Part shown: piece after piece, positions 43,911 to 58,204 of the stretch
How the letters are laid out: each line of letters starts with the position of its first letter
How positions within the stretch are numbered: position 1 is the stretch's first letter
Source of the DNA: the human T2T-CHM13v2.0 reference genome, Homo sapiens
Direction: 5' to 3' (one strand)
Assembly (NCBI RefSeq): GCF_009914755.1
Contig: NC_060929.1
DNA length: 64,000 nt
Made by a program: the position numbers and the translations under genes
The notes under the pieces: generated by a model
Told to the model about the DNA's origin: nothing
The model's database searches: none
Seen by the model: the letters and a program-made list of their open reading frames with translations, nothing else

Positions 43911-45499
43911 AAAAGGACCTCTCTTGTGGGCTTCAGCTCCCTGGATACAGCTATTGGATTACTGTATAGACTTCCCTCTGTGAATATTAATGGCATGTGT
44001 CAGCCATGTTGGTGTTTTACATTTCTTCGCATTTCATTTCCCCCGGGGTTATAAGAGTGGGGCTGATTATCCTTCCTCAGCTTCCATGTTTGCTGTCCTT
44101 TGGGTTAGTCCTCCTGAAATTCAAGTTTTTGTAAGTCAAACGCAGCCTCACCAGGGAGGTCATGGTTCTCCATCTGATATCTCTAACTTGTCATTGCCAT
44201 CTTCAACTGTGACTTTTTCTCTGCCTTCCCACTAAACCCGTTTTTATTCCCCAGAGGGGCTTGCATTACTCAGTTCCTTCCACTTCATATCCTGTCTTTC
44301 GTTAGACTGTTCCCAGCTCCTGTGCTCTCTGCAAGTCACATTCTAGAATAGTTGGTCAGAAATCTCAGCAAATTTTGCATTCTCTGGTCCAGCTCTTGAT
44401 TATTTCCATTCAGATTCTCAAACCTATATTTCCACCACTCATTTATGCCAATCCCATCTTGGATATCCCCACTCTGCTGGAGCAGTCACAGAGCCACTTC
44501 CCAGGGTATTTGAGATTCAGGGGGTCTGCGGTGACCATGGGTCTCACTATGGCTTACGAGCTCTTTTCCTCATTTCACTCAATAAATACTTCACTGAGCA
44601 CCTGCTTAGTGCTTGTCACAGTGCTGGGTGCTGGAGATCAAGTAATGAACAAGACAGGATCCAGCTCAGTCCTCATATAGTTGCCATGTGGAGAGACCAA
44701 ATTAATATAGTAATCACACAGTGAAGGTGAAGTTACACCTGGGGTAAGTGTTATGGAGGAGAAGTGGTGCTGCAGTGGTGATGTTTAATAGGGAGGTTGT
44801 AGGGTCTGGGGGCCAGGGAAAGAGTTTCTCAGAAGAGGAAGTTAATATGAAGCAAGAGTAGGAGTGAAAATGTGGAGAAGGGAAAGAAGGACATTCCAGG
44901 CAGAGGGAAGGGCTTGTTCCAGGGGAAGAGGAAGGGGGAGATGGGTGCCATGATCTAGTTTGTGATTTGAGAAGATCTTCTGACAGCTCATTAGACGGGG
45001 CTTTCAGGGATACATGTAGACCAGCTGAGGTCTATTGCAGTAGGTCACATGACAAATAACGGTGTGATCCAGGTGGTGGTGGTGGTAGAAACAGAGACGG
45101 ATCTGACAGATCATTAGGGGAAAAATAGGTGGGCCTCGGTTACGGACTAGGGGTTGGGGACAGGGAAGTTTCTCCTTGTTCATGGTCTCTTTAAGGAACT
45201 CCACCCCATGATGTTCCACATTCTTTCCCCTCCTTAGGAGTCTTATTTCTCTTCTACCTCTCGCTTTCTTATCTAGCAGAAACCTACACAACAACTGGCC
45301 TATGGTAGGCGCTGGTGAAAGTGACTTTACATATTGATAATGAGGTCTGTGTATACATGACCTTGCCACACCCACCTCTCCTCCCCATCACTCTTGAGTT
45401 AAGAGTTTTCCCCCTAAAATGAACCTATTCAGCTACACTCTGCACTCACCCTTCCTGGCTGCCCTGGGCCCTCGCCGCCAGGTTCTCTCTTCTCAGTAG

Positions 45500-45970
45500 C
45501 CCAGGGATTCTTAACCTTTTTGGCACTGCAGCCCCCTTTGGTGGTCTGGGGAAGCCCATGGACCTCTTCTCATAATGATGTTCTTAAATGGAGAAAAATA
45601 ATATATGTAATATTATAAGGGGAAACAATTATATTGAAACCCAGCTCTATCACATATTTTTAAAGTTTTGCTTTTACAATAATATATGTGCTCCTTTATA
45701 AAGCATATTAAGAACAGAATTATTTAATGGTGGGTGAAATAACTCCCATGACTTCAAAGTAGCAACAAGTATGAATGATACTTCAAAAAATGTGCAATAA
45801 ATGGAAGGTGACAACAGCTGTGAGGTCTATTGGTCACAACTCACAAGAACTACTAACACTAGAAGTATCTTGCCTGTATTGAAAGTTGATGGAAATACAT
45901 ACCCAGCTCCAGGCAGAGGCTAGGGAAGATACAGATGCAATATATTTTCCTTCTCGATTCACAGAGCCCC
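45500..45970. mobile_element. Charlie-type hAT DNA transposon fragment
   Basis: Starts cagggattcttaaccttttt...gaagcccatggacctcttctca; subfamily uncertain. Confidence 0.55.
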
Positions 45971-48034
45971 TGCTGTGGCTTACTCACCCATGCTCAGGTT
46001 CTCTCCAGCTCACACAGGTGCCATGCCTTGTGTGACCTTGTACCCACACTGGTTTGGAAACTCTGGGAACCTCTCTCCTTTCTTTCAAGGCCTGATACCA
46101 GCACTGGGTATTTCCACAGTCACCTTAGACTTAAATCCAACCAAAGCAACCTCTCCCTTTGCTTTGCAGAAGCCAGGTCCTGTTCACAGCCACTCTCATT
46201 TCTTCCCTCCTGCACCATTATTTTAGTCTTTCAAGCTACAAACCTTGAGATTGTGCTGGAGGAGTGTTCTTGCCTTTCAGCCTCTAGAATGAATCTCTCA
46301 TTTCTTACTTCCTTGGATGTCTGATCCTTCACAGTCTCTCCATTTTCTTTGTGGCCATCCTGTTCACTCCCTATAGGAGTTTTTTCATCTCCTCCACTCC
46401 TATCACTCACCAGTCTGTTTTGCATGCCATTCCCAGAGTAATCTTGTTGAAATGCTGCTTTCACCAAGTCAGCAACTCCATCTGGCTTTCATGACCTCCC
46501 CTCCCCTACCCCCACCTCTTAAAAAATGGTTAAAATGCATAAGACTTGTAATGTAATCCTTTTCTGTACATCTAAAATAACATACAAGGATCCCGCTTCT
46601 TCCTGTGGATCCAGCCAAGCTCTGGGAAGGAATCACAACCCACAGAAATTGGCGGGGCTCAGGGACCTTTGAGAGTTTGGCTCTTTAAGATCAAAGTCAG
46701 CCAGCATCTCTGTGGAGGCTGTGAATGCTGGGGGTGACATTCTTAGGGCTGTGGCTGGAGACCACTGGTCATGTCTGCCTGAACATTCAGTAGCCACCAG
46801 CTGGAATTCACAGAGGCTAGCCACCCCCAGCTGGGGAGGCAAGCCATCTGCACGGGCTTTAATCAAATTCTGTTAGCAGTCCCTGAAGTCAGTCTCCTCT
46901 CCTGGGTCTAACCTGGGTGCCTGGCCTTTACCCCTCCTCCCAGTGAGTCTTTATGAAAAGACTGGACCAATTCAAGGAGGGAAGGGTGAGAGATTCATCC
47001 TGCCGAGATGACACACTCAGGCCAAGGAGGGCTCCTGCCCTCACAGGGTGGGCTACCAGCTCATGCAGAGGGCAGCCTTGAAGACTGGGAGAGAGCACAG
47101 CTGGACCCTTCACTTCCAGAGGCACGCCCTTCTACCTCCACCCCCAGAAAAAGTGTTTTGTACTCCCTCATGTGGTTCTGGGCCAGATGGTGGTCCATCT
47201 GTCTAACTGATTTCTTACACACAAAGAGAAAACACAAAGAAGCAGAAGAAAAACAGCCCATGAAAAGTCCATTTGTTTTCCTCTGATGACCTGCACTTGA
47301 AAATGACAAAGGATACCCTTTCTGGATCTCTCTGATCTGTTTGGTGAAGAGAACTCACTCATCAGATGTTGAGCCTTTCAGCCTTCTTACCACAGGCCAC
47401 CTTTCTGTCCCTCATCAGGGTGTAACTTTGGAAGTAGAAATAGGGATTCTGAAACCCATGTGCCAATGTATTATGGGGCCCTCCCTCCCTGCTCCCTACC
47501 CCAGACAGAGAAGTTGACAATCCAGGTGAGTTAATCAGCTTAGACGTGGCTGGGTAACTCCTTCTGTGCCTACCTTGCTTGTCTCAACTTTGAACCAACA
47601 AGGCAGCAGCACTTAAGCTAATTGGGGTCATGCAATTTAGAATGCTTTTAACATAAACACCCTGTTGACATTGGAGGGATTGAAATATGCTCTGTTGGGA
47701 GCAAGAGAGAGATGAATTAAAGCAGAAACAGCTTAGTCATCCCAGTTAGTGGTCATAAAATTGCCCAGAAATGTATTATTTGATTTATTGTGTCCATCAT
47801 GTTTTTTAAAGTCTCTATGGCTCTTCATACAGGACAAACCAAAATCAAATTAAAATGAAGAGCAGGTTCCACTTATCCTGAAAGCCCATTTGCAGTTGTG
47901 CAGAGCTGCAAATCAACAGGAGTAAGAACTGAAATGTATTTATTCAGAACCATGAGCTGCTGGTGGGGTCAGCGCCACTGTGTTGGACTGGCACACATGG
48001 AGGATTGGCTTTGTAATTCCCATTCTGTATTTAG

Positions 48035-48160
48035 GGGAATGCAGCAGTGGAATCTGTGATGAGGCCTCGTGCATCCATGGTGGCACCTGCACAGCAATCA
48101 AAGCCGACTCCTACATTTGCCTCTGTCCCCTTGGGTTTAAAGGTCGACACTGTGAAGATG
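48035..48160 (+). CDS. EGFLAM: EGFLAM coding exon, 126 nt, phase 1->1: EGF-like 2 ([18 protein letters not shown]...[12 protein letters not shown])
   Basis: Acceptor cattctgtatttag|, donor ATG|gtgaga; canonical EGF Cys spacing. Confidence 0.97.
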
Positions 48161-48249
48161 GTGAGAAAGAAGCAAGTTGAAGGCGGTTTCTATCTGCATG
48201 TTAATTTGTGTAGATGTACTTTATCATCAATATAGTTTCTTTGTTAATT

Positions 48250-48534
48250 TGTTTGTTTGTTTTTGAGACAAAGGCTCCCTCTCTTACCCAGGCCGGAGTG
48301 CAGTGGCGCATCTCGGCTCACTGCAACCTCTGCCTCCCGGGTTCAAGTGATTCTCTTCTGCCTCAGCTCCCGAGTAGCTGGAACTACAGGCGCCCAGCTA
48401 ATTTTTGTATTTTTAGTAGAGATGGGATTTCACCATGTTGCCCAGGCTGCTCTCAAACTCTTGACCTCAAGTGATCCACCCGCCTCGGCCTCCCAAAGTG
48501 CTGGGATTACAGGCGTGAGCCACCACGCCAGGCC
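48250..48534 (-). mobile_element. AluS
   Basis: Dimer with a small internal deletion; TSD-like tcatcaat(a/g)ta. Confidence 0.93.
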
Positions 48535-48852
48535 TCATCAATGTACTTTTAACAAATCTAACAAAGCCCCATACATTTTTATGGGATCAACATTGCTTTG
48601 TTGGGAGAGATGGGGGAAACTTTTTAAACAAGGTTGGAGTGTCTCTGAGTGCCAAAATTTGTTTGGTAATGAGAACTCACTCATCTGATGTTGAGCCTTT
48701 CAGCACTTCTTACTGCAGGGCACCTCCGTCCCTCAGCCAAACATATGTTCATTTCAAGATGCTAAGAATCAGTGGGCTCCTCTTGGCCCTTGAATAACTT
48801 TTAAAAAGCCTGTATTGGTATGGTTTGTATCAGACTGAATTCAAAGCCTTTA

Positions 48853-49449
<597 letters not shown>

Positions 49450-49609
49450 TCATTTTTGCAGAATTCTGAAATTAAAATAAAAAGAAAATAAAACTGAGGC
49501 TAAGATCACAAAACTAGTCAAATTCTTCCCTAATTCAGATTTGGACCTAAGATACCATATTGGGGAAAACTTTTGTGATCTCAAATCTCATGTCACCTAA
49601 AAGAGGGCA

Positions 49610-50043
49610 TGTGAGTCAGGGTAAGCCAATGCTGTTACATACCAGCTCATATTTCAGTAGCCTTACATAATCAAGGCTGGTTCTTGCTCATATTACAAAA
49701 TCACTGCAGGTCAAAGATGGTGGTGAGAGAGGGGGTTCTGCTCCACACAGTTATACAGGGACACAGTTTCCTTCCATCTAATGGCTCTTCTAGGGCCTTA
49801 GAGTCCTCCACTGATACTTGCATCCTGCCAGCACGTGAGAGGAGAGAAAGAGCATGGAGGATGGAGGGAAGTTTTAGGGGCCAGACTTAGGGTGCTCTAT
49901 GATTCTTCCACCCATGTTCTACTGGCCAGAATTCAGTCACACCACCAACCTAACTGCAGGGCTGCTGGGAATTGTAGTTTAGGTCTGTACCCAGGAGGGA
50001 AAGAACACAGCTATGGGTGCACATCTGGCCAGTTTCTGCCACA
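49610..50043 (-). mobile_element. Old MLT1 (J/K-like) LTR ending 33 nt before an exon
   Basis: ggccagaattcagtcacac...cctaactgcagggctgctgggaattgtagt...tctgccaca. Confidence 0.65.
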
Positions 50044-50076
50044 GAGGGATTTCTAACACCATGCTTGTTTTTTCAG

Positions 50077-50320
50077 CTTTCACCTTGACCATTCCTCAGT
50101 TCAGAGAGTCTCTGAGATCTTACGCTGCAACTCCCTGGCCACTGGAGCCCCAGCATTACCTTTCCTTCATGGAATTTGAGATCACATTTCGGCCAGACTC
50201 AGGAGATGGTGTCCTCCTGTACAGCTATGACACAGGCAGCAAAGACTTCCTGTCCATCAACTTGGCAGGGGGCCACGTGGAGTTCCGCTTTGACTGTGGC
50301 TCTGGGACCGGTGTCCTCAG
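50077..50320 (+). CDS. EGFLAM: EGFLAM coding exon, 244 nt, phase 1->2: LamG2 ([15 protein letters not shown]...[11 protein letters not shown])
   Basis: Branch-like ttctaac at 50051-50057, acceptor ttgttttttcag|, donor CAG|gtgagg. Confidence 0.97.
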
Positions 50321-53300
50321 GTGAGGGCTGAAAACTTCTGGGACTCTTTCCCTTAAAAAGGCAAATAGTAACTGCTTCAGAAAAAAACCAAATCGCCATT
50401 CAACAGCTCACACTCATCCTGTCTTCTCTACATGCTTATCTTCTGAAACTTGTCCTGACTTGTCCTGCTTCAGGCAGATGACAGGCTTCCTATAGAGAGT
50501 GCTCTCCTGCCCACAAGGCTTCCTTTTCTCAAATAACTACCCAACAGGTAGCAATTGTATGCTTCAAACTATGGAAAATGGACTTGCTTCAGGTGGAGGT
50601 AAACTGCCTCCATTTCCACCTAAAGTTATGTCATGTCATCCGCAGAAACTTGATGAACTGTAACTAGTCAGCATCTCATACAGAGCATCACATGATGGGC
50701 ACCCAGCAAATACATGTCAACTAGTAAAAAAGTATTAACAAATATTTTTGAACAAAAATATCCTTGATGACCTCACTCTAAATATTCACTTTCCTCTTGA
50801 ACTATTTCTTTAATGGAAATTGACAGTGAATCATCAGCAATGCAGAGACCCGTTCCCTAAGCAATATGCTCAAGAAAGATGTGTGATGAGTGGTTTCAAT
50901 AGCATAGCAGGAAATGGGTGCTTCTGCAGTACTTGCTGGTATTTGCAGAATTGGTGTAAGTAGTCAAAACTTTCCTACTGTTATCTAGTTTGTACTATTA
51001 AATTACTTAGCAGGTCGATTGTTCCTTGGAGCCTGTAGTTGGTAGATGCAGACGCTTTTATTTGTTTATGTCTCCCATCTTTTTATTGTGTTGATGGTAG
51101 TTTTAACCTTCAAGCCAGAGGGGCCACTAATCGCATGCAGACATGCTTCTTGTTCCTACATTTGTCTAATTCGTCTTTTTTGAAACTCACTAGGATGTTT
51201 TGCTCCATGGTGCCCTGTAACAGGGTATCAGTTAGTCTGTTGTTTCAAAGAATATTGCAAACTGTTTTCAATCTTTATCCATATTGCTAGACTGTCATGT
51301 TTAAAAAGAGTATGTAGGTGAGATGCTACAACCATGCATTGCCCTTAACTACTGATCATTTTTCCTGGCTGATAGAAAATGCTCACTGCATTAGGTTTTA
51401 ACAGTTCTTAAAAAGGATGGTTTGTTTTTGTCCTTGTGGCTGAATTCCTGCACATCAGTGACACCTTCCCCTCTAGGGGAACGGACAAATATTGTTGTAC
51501 CTCTGGTTATGCAAAAACATCCTATATTTCAAGACAACTTTGGTGGGGATTTAATTGATTCAATTTACATATGATTATGCAAAATAGCCTAAGCAATTCA
51601 CTTAGAACTGTATGTCAAGTTGACAAAGGAAGACACCTTGAATATCACCTTGCACTTTTAAATGGTTTTCTTCCTGGATAGGGAATGACCAGAAAGATCC
51701 AGGAGAGGTTCTGGGCTCATCAGCCCTCCTCCTGGACAGACTACCCCCTCCACACTGCCTCTCTGCAGTGGCAGCTCCAGCTGTGGGGTCACAAGCACAT
51801 GGAACCCTTAGAAGTCCAGCATTTCTCTCTTTCATAACTCTGTGCTTATTTTTGACACGAGGTGCTTTTAATTTTTTTTTGTAAATTTACTAAGTTATTG
51901 TTTCACTGCCTGTCAGCAAAGGCAACTGGAAAAAGAATTTTTAAGAATTAGGTGATGAAAATGAGGCAAGAGTTTCTGAGGGACAAACCACCATCTGCCC
52001 CCTTATCCTATCCCCTCCTGAGCGTAAGCTAACAACAGTGATTACTCTTGGTGTTTCAGATGCCCCATTGGAAGCTGTTTATTTTGAAAACCATTTCAAA
52101 GACTTCTTGCTCAATTAAGACAATGCAGTGAAAACTCAAACTACAGGAAGTTGTGGAATTGGCCAGATCATTTTAACTTTAGGAATAGGATAAGATGGGC
52201 AAATTCATTATGAACTTGATTAAAAAATCACGACAATTGGAATGAGTTCTTGATGGCTGTGATCGATAAAAGGATGTTGAGGAAGGTGGCATATTGACAG
52301 CAAATGACCTCTGCAGTACAAAAACATGAAATGGCTCTGTTATGGAGATAGACCACTTAAAAAGGGCTGCTTATTTCTTTATTGCATATTGATTTAGCCA
52401 AGGTGATTAAATTCTAATTGCTAAGAACAGATCACAAAATCATTTGCCAAAGCAAAAATCAAGTGAGGGGGTGGTGACCTTTCAATAATTGTGCCCATTG
52501 GTATTCCTCATGGTTTTCTAAAGATGATCCAGGACCACAAGATAATTGGGAAGTTCAGCGAGGGCCAGGAACTAGACATTGCTAGAAATACAAATGCAAT
52601 AATGAGTCTCTTTCTGCACACCTCACTATAAAACGTAATGAGTAAAACTTGCATAAATATCATTAAACTTTAAGCACTTCCACTTTGAATGAATAATTGA
52701 ACTTTTAATGTAATTTTAATCATTTTTACAATATCAGAAAATATGGAATCTATTTCCCTCCCAATATTTTATTATGAAAAATTTCAAACATATAGAAAAA
52801 TTGGAAGAATTGTACAGTAAGCATCCTGATACCGAGCACCTATAGTCTGTAATTAACGTTTTGCTATATTTGCCTCATCACATATCTAGCCATTATTATA
52901 TCTGTCCATCCATCCTTCTTAATTTTTAAAAAAAAATTTTAATGACCAAAACAAAGTATCTAAAACTGCAGCTTCTCAAAGAACCACTTGTTCTTGCCCA
53001 TCTGTTCCTCTCTTCAAACTTGACCTTGGCCTCCCATTGGGCCTTGTGGTTAAGAGCAGGGTCTCTGAAGACATCTTTATTGATAACAGTTTTGTCCAAG
53101 GGGATATCCGGTGGCTGTAGGGGCAATCTGACGTGCCATCATCAATGTTCTTCACGATGACAGCTTTGCGTCGGAGTAGCATCTGGCCAGGACCACCACC
53201 AGTTTCCCAGGTTTCAGGAACTTGCCCTTTTCAACAGCAACCACTCAGGCCTATAGCAGAAAGGTCCTTCTTATTTTTTATGCGTTTCAAAGTATGTTAC

Positions 53301-53670
53301 AGACATTGGTATGCCAAATAATTTGTTTTTTACATCATAGCTCTTACAATTTTTCTCTTCTTCCAAGCTTGTGTGCAATTATGACCATATTTTATCTTCA
53401 TGCCACCTCTCATCTAGAAAACCCATTTCACCAGACTCACTGAACCCCATTTCAGGCTCATTGTAAGGAATAAATAAAACAATAAATGCAATGTTCCTAC
53501 TGTATGAAGGCATCCAATAAATAGTAGGTAATCCTGCTGTTGTTACTAAGCAGTAATTAGTGTTTTCTTTTTACTGAATGGATTGGTGTGCCTAAGGTTA
53601 GCATTAGTTTCCTCATGGCTAGATTGACAAAAATGATCCATAACATGCTAACCCATGCTTGGTTTCCTTC

Positions 53671-54230
53671 TATGTTCATCAGGGTTCTCCAGGGAAACAG
53701 AACCAATAGGCTATAAATAGACATGTAGAGAGATTTATCATGAGGCATTGGCTTGCATGATTATGGAGGCTGAGAAGTCCCCTGGCCTGCCATCTGCAAG
53801 CTGGCAGCCCAGGAAATTTAGTGGTGTATTTCCAGTCCAAGCCTGAAGGCCTGAGAACCAGAGAGCCCATGATGTCCGTTCCAGTCCAAGTCAAAGGCCC
53901 AAGTACCAGGAAGCTGATGATGTAAGTCTTGGTCCAAGTCTGAAGACCAAAGAACCAGGAGCACTGATGTTCAAGGCTAGAGAAGGTGGATGTCCCAACT
54001 CAAGAAGAGAGAGCACTTCCCCCCTCCTCTTCCTTTTTGTTCAGTTCAGAGCCTCCGCAGATTCCATGATGCCTGCCCAGGTTGGTGAGGGCAGATCTTT
54101 ACTAAGTTTACTGATTCAGATGCTCATCTCTACCAGAAACACACTCACAGACACACCCAGAAATAATGTTGTACCAGCTATCTGGGCATTCCTTATCCTA
54201 ATCAACTCGATACATAAAAATAATATCACA
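53671..54230 (-). mobile_element. MLT2 (ERVL) solo LTR abutting a splice acceptor
   Basis: cagggttctccagggaaacagaaccaatagg...cacacccagaaataatgtt...atcaca; 5-bp TSD ccttc / tcttc. Confidence 0.88.
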
Positions 54231-54244
54231 TCTTCCTTCCACAG

Positions 54245-54356
54245 GAGTGAAGATCCCCTCACCCTGGGCAACTGGCACGAGCTTCGTGTATCTCGCACAG
54301 CAAAGAATGGAATCTTACAGGTGGATAAGCAGAAGATAGTGGAGGGAATGGCAGAG
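54245..54356 (+). CDS. EGFLAM: EGFLAM coding exon, 112 nt, phase 2->0: LamG2 ([17 protein letters not shown]...VEGMAE)
   Basis: Acceptor tcttccttccacag|, donor GAG|gtaaga. Confidence 0.96.
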
Positions 54357-57300
54357 GTAAGAACAGTACACCTTTTCTCTTGATGGTTAGTGTGAGCCAG
54401 ATTACTGTTTTCTGCCTGTCTTGGTAGAAAAGCAGCAGAGTGTTCTGGTTAACTACATGGACTTCAGTGCCTGTGTGGAAATCCCAGCTCCCCACTGGGC
54501 AAATTACTTAACTTTTCTATTGCTTAGCTACAAATGGGGATAATAATAGTATGGGCCTCATAGAGTTGTGAGGATTAAATGAGTTGATACCCAATACATT
54601 TAGCACTTACAAAATTGCCTTTCACCTCTTCGCCTCCCAACTCCACCTTTGTTCTTATCAGCTACAGCAAGTAGTAGGTAAGAACATGGACTCTGGGGTA
54701 GGGCCTGTGGTGCATGGGGGAGGCCTGACAAGAACAGGCTGTAAGTCCAGACTCCTGGGGCTCAAAATCTGGCTCAATTACTTACCAGTGGTGTGAGCTC
54801 ATACTGGTTACTTGACCTACCAAGATTGTTCTTGTCTCAGCATTATCCTCTTATCAATGGGGATAATGGTGATGATAATAGTGCCTACTTCACAGAGTTG
54901 TTGTGAGAATTAAAAGAATTGTACATGTAAAACACAACAGTACCTGATGCCAGGTCAGCACTAAATAGCTTTACATAGTAGCAGTAGTGGTGGTGGTGGT
55001 CGTGGTGAATAGTGTATGGTTATGGACTCAAGAGGATAGGATTTCTACTTAAGTTTATAACTTTCCTCCATGATTTTAATTCCAAGGTTATGTTCAAAGA
55101 AAAATAACATTTTTAAGAGGAAGTCAGGGAGATTTGCTTTAAACTATAGCCTGCTAGGATTCTGCGAACACACACACAATTTATAGTTCCTTAAAAATAG
55201 AGGGGACTTTAGATTTGCCAATATCTTAGTTCCCACCAGTTTTCATTCTGTGTAAAGGAAGATTTGCAAAGGACATTGATAAATTTGGGTATATTAATAA
55301 GCAAATAGACTAGTAGAAAAAAGAAAAGGAAAGAAAAGAGACTTTCGCTGGGGAAAGAGGTACTTGACTGGAGAGAGAAGAAAAAGGGACACATGTGTCC
55401 AGAAGCCAGCCTGAGGGGCTGCAGTGGTGGGAGGACGAATTGGAACCAAGGGCCTCCTTGGGAATGAGGGGAATCCCAAATTGGGTTCTGTTTCAAGAGG
55501 TGGGCACCCTTCACACCTAGAAAATGCTCTATATATATCTGTGGAAGGGAGGAAGGGTGGGGGCAGGGAAGGGGGGAGGGAAGAAAGGAGGGGATGAATG
55601 GAAATTGATTTTAAATGGAGAACCAGAGTCACTTCTGGTGCAATCCAGAACATTCTAACAGCCGACTTTAGTCCAGGACAGAATTAGAAGCTCACGAGAA
55701 TACACCTCGCTGTCTGTTGGCTTAATGATATAAATCCAATTGTATCTCTATAGATCTTAGTTGCAAACATCTGTAAAACAGGAACAAAAGCTGAGGATGG
55801 GAACATTTGTCAAAAGTAGGGGCAAGGTCCATGATTATAAATAAGTTACTCTTCAGGACACAGTATTTACTATTAGGATCTAAGAGACAACACATAGGTG
55901 AAAACCACACCTGAGAGTTTCTATCACTGCACATCAGCAAAAGAGCATGAAACCAATACGGTGACACCTACACTCTCCCTTTTGGCTTTTTTACCTCTGG
56001 CGACATGTGGGTGAATGGAGCTGACTGGAGTTTTAAAGAAAAAGGAACCCACAGGAAGGTGTGGCTTTGGTGTGTGCATTGGAGGGACATTCTGCTGAGT
56101 CCACTGTGAACCAGGAGTGGGAAGGCCAATGCCTGATCTCCATATGCTAAACCTTCATCAAGTCTTTTCCACAAGGAATTCTGCTCCCCAGCTGTCCATA
56201 TCATGTTCGAAGTGTGGCTGACAGGGCAGTGGTCTTAGAGCTCAGAGACAGGTAGGGCAGGGGTTAGAGTACACTTTGAGGGGCTAACCCAGGACCTAAG
56301 CACCTAAGAGCCTGTGTGCAGACTAAACCTGACCACCAGGCTGCTCAGCTGGCAGCTCTGAGAAACAGCAGAAGCCTGGGCTTGAGTCCGACTATGCAAG
56401 ACACGTGGAAGAGCAGTGCTTCTGAGGCTTTCAGGAAACTCCAGCCTGGAAGTTTGCTCAGCTTTGCAAACTGCTTCCAGCCAAGCCAAAGTATAGGATC
56501 CAGACACAAAACCCCTCACTGCAGAGCAGGCCTGGCTTTGGTGGGATATGTTTTCTTCTCTCCTGCGGTCCCCCTTGGGCATGGCAGCTGCAGCCCTTCC
56601 ACTTGTCAGCAGGAGGGTGCTGCATGACGATTTTGATGAGCAGCCAAAAGGAACTGCTCCTCACTCCACGAGGCCCCGCTGCTGGACACAGCCATAATGC
56701 AATTTTTTTTCCTAGCAGCCAGCTGCTCTGAAACCTCCTTGACCCTGCATCCTTCCTCCTTTCCTCTTTCCATCTTATTTTAGCTTTTGTGTAAGAGCAA
56801 TGACAAGAGAAAGATGCCTGTGGGTTTGTGGTGACAGTTCCTGACTGGTTCAGTATTCTGCTGGGCCACAAGAATTCCTGAAAGCCTTTATACTTCTTTG
56901 TTAACCTCCTAGTTAAGGAAGAACCCTCAAAGCTGCCGGAAGGCTATTGACAGAAGGCATTTTGGTCTATTAATCTAATTGAAATTTCCCTGGGCTACCT
57001 GGCTGGACCCAGCCATGGGGGCACTCCCTAAGATAAACAGAGCTTCTTCCTCCATGACTCGCCTGTCTTGTCTTCTCTACCCTTGACATGACCCCAGATT
57101 CATTCTCCTCCCTCTGGCCAATGATCTTCCAAAGCACAGACCTCTCTCTCCTGCTTAAGTCTCATTGCTTTTTGGGTAAAATTCATGCTCGTAATGTGGT
57201 GTGTAAGGCTCTGCATGCTCTGGCCCCCTCTCGCCTGTGCCTTATACTCACATTCCCTCTAAGCCCCAACGTCTTCCAGTTTCTACAATGTTAACTCTTC

Positions 57301-58204
57301 CTTGACCACCTCCCCTACTCCCTGTGTCTAGGGTAGGATATGAGACTCCCGTGTCCGGCACCCAGGTGCACCCATAGCCACCTGTACAGTTCTTCCCAGT
57401 GCTGATATCACCTGCTCTTTTACTTGTCTGTATTCCCTGCTCGCATAAACCCCTGCAGGGCAGGACTGGGTCTTTCTTATTTTCTGCTGTTTGTCCAGCA
57501 CTTAACATAGTGGCTGGGGCATATTGTAGTATGTGCCTAATAATATTTGTTAAATCAATGATCAAAGCTGCTACTATTTGTATTTATTTTATCGTAAATC
57601 AAAGAAAATAATAACTTAACATTACCTAAAGTGTGTTCATTCCCAGAGCTCTCAAATGTAAGGATTTCTCACTCATGATACATATCCACCAATGGTTAGC
57701 TGCAGCTGTAATCTGAGATCTGGGCTGAAGGAACAGAGGGAAGGAGAAAAGGGCATGGTGAACTACTCTCTGGCTCTGAAAGCTTCTGCCCAGAAGTGAT
57801 TCTTTTCTCTTCTGCTCATGTTTTATTGGCTATAAGAAGTCACACAAGCTCATCTGAGCCGACAGGTTGGAGGCAATCTTCCTGTGGGGAGGGGTACCTG
57901 TGAACGGTAGTGCAGTCTGCCACAGTCATCATGACATAGCTATGAGGTAGATACAATGACTCCCATTTTGCAGACAATGAAATGAAGTCTCAGAGACTTT
58001 AAGACGTTCACCAACATTCAGGCAGGTGGTAAGGAGCAATGAGAAACACTGTGAAAGTGAAGCCCTTGTGTAGACAGATTGTCATGATGGGTCTCGAGGC
58101 TCTGTCTACCATTTTGTTCCCCAACAGGGAACTGAAGACACATTTGATCATTTTGAACATCTGTTTTAAAGTCATACAATGCTTTGTTTTTAATCTTTTG
58201 GCAG

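Larger units (their letters stand above)
47338..48735. repeat. Diverged ~76-bp direct repeat pair (47338-47414 and 48660-48735)
   Basis: Shared core gagaactcactcatc(a/t)gatgttgagcctttcagc. Confidence 0.9.
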
